Source of the DNA: Dicyema japonicum
Taxonomy: Eukaryota > Animalia > Dicyemida
Direction of reading: 5' to 3'
Length of the DNA stretch: 64,000 nt
Assembly: GCA_011109175.1 (NCBI GenBank)
Contig: RDEW01000018.1
Coordinates: forward strand, 913,962 to 977,961
Shown piece by piece: positions 63,266 to 64,000 of this stretch. The first letter of the stretch is position 1, and each line of letters begins with the position of its first letter. Made by a program: the position numbers and the translations under genes. Below the pieces are notes generated by a model. That model did not search any database. It was given only the letters and a program-made list of their open reading frames with translations, and had not been told where the DNA came from.

Positions 63266-64000
63266 AGCCTGCCCAGTGGCTGAACAGGCATTGGTAGCAC
63301 TCTGAAAGATGTTATTTTAAACGAAAATGTCCGTGTACGTAAAGTCCCAAACTCGTGATTTTCCCACAAAAAAATGTAAGATGTTTATTCAATCGTTTTC
63401 CATTTTGTCTACATAAACTGGTAGGTTCAAATAACCACCCGCGTCTAAAGCCCATCGAACGACCTCGATTGATGTTTTATGGGGTCTTGGTAGTACTCCT
63501 TTAGTAAGTGAGTGTCTGCTAATCCCAGCTGTACTAGTGTTCACACAGATTTTCAAAGGTCCTGACAGCGGACAAGCAGTCGGTGTTGGTTGAAGACCCA
63601 AGAATCCTTTCACAATTTCCCTTGTAGAACAACATTGTCCAGGGTCCGCTGTTGGTCTGGAAATGTGAGGAGATACGATTCTAGATCTCATATGATTGGC
63701 AGACTTTCCAGTCAGAAGAAAATTCTGGGAGTGTAAATTCTGTAACGTCAACGTCAATCGTGAGGAAATCGTGAGGAAATAAAGATAAGCAATTCAAATT
63801 TCCACTAAGTTAATGGTCGATGGAGTAAACCACTGTACTATCTTCCAGATTGAAGTTGTTTTAAACTCAAAGACCAGTTCTTCAGGTTAAAATGAACTTC
63901 CTATTAAATTTCCAAGGAAACATAGAACTTCCGCCTAATAACCTTAATTCTTCTATTCCATAGAAAAGGTAAATTCTTTAAAAATTAAAAACCAAGTGAA

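Noticed and set aside
63389-63757. 122-aa ORF as a host gene
   Set aside because: It has no ATG start, no recognisable domain, and no micro-intron splicing that extends it.

Overview
AT-rich eukaryotic DNA with animal-like proteins; nothing prokaryotic is visible. 1-6.5 kb holds three minus-strand host genes: a RhoGAP, an RSL1D1-like ribosomal-L1-domain protein and GPR89/GPHR. The ORF track breaks them up because they are split by 18 GT-AG micro-introns of 20-26 nt, which I spliced by hand to give near-complete proteins. The rest is transposon-derived. 10.0-29.1 kb is about 3.5 copies of a ~5.34 kb dimeric higher-order repeat, and 30.3-52.7 kb is 3 copies of a ~7.4 kb repeat. Both arrays reuse one module: an atypical tRNA-like gene (8-bp acceptor stem, perfect B box, T-run terminator), a decayed pogo/Tigger transposase head-to-head upstream of it, and the 5' part of an RLE-type (R2/R4-like) retrotransposon just downstream. 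The tRNA-like gene has two different anticodon arms: UCA-centred in array 1 and GAC/GAG in array 2. The 7.4 kb unit also carries an RTE-clade LINE bounded by a 59-bp direct repeat. The 3' end has CRE-like, Helitron, Jockey/I-like and Ginger-like integrase remnants, plus two single-N joins that look like assembly artefacts. All family assignments come from motifs recognised by eye; no database search was run. Element boundaries are approximate unless exact junctions are quoted.
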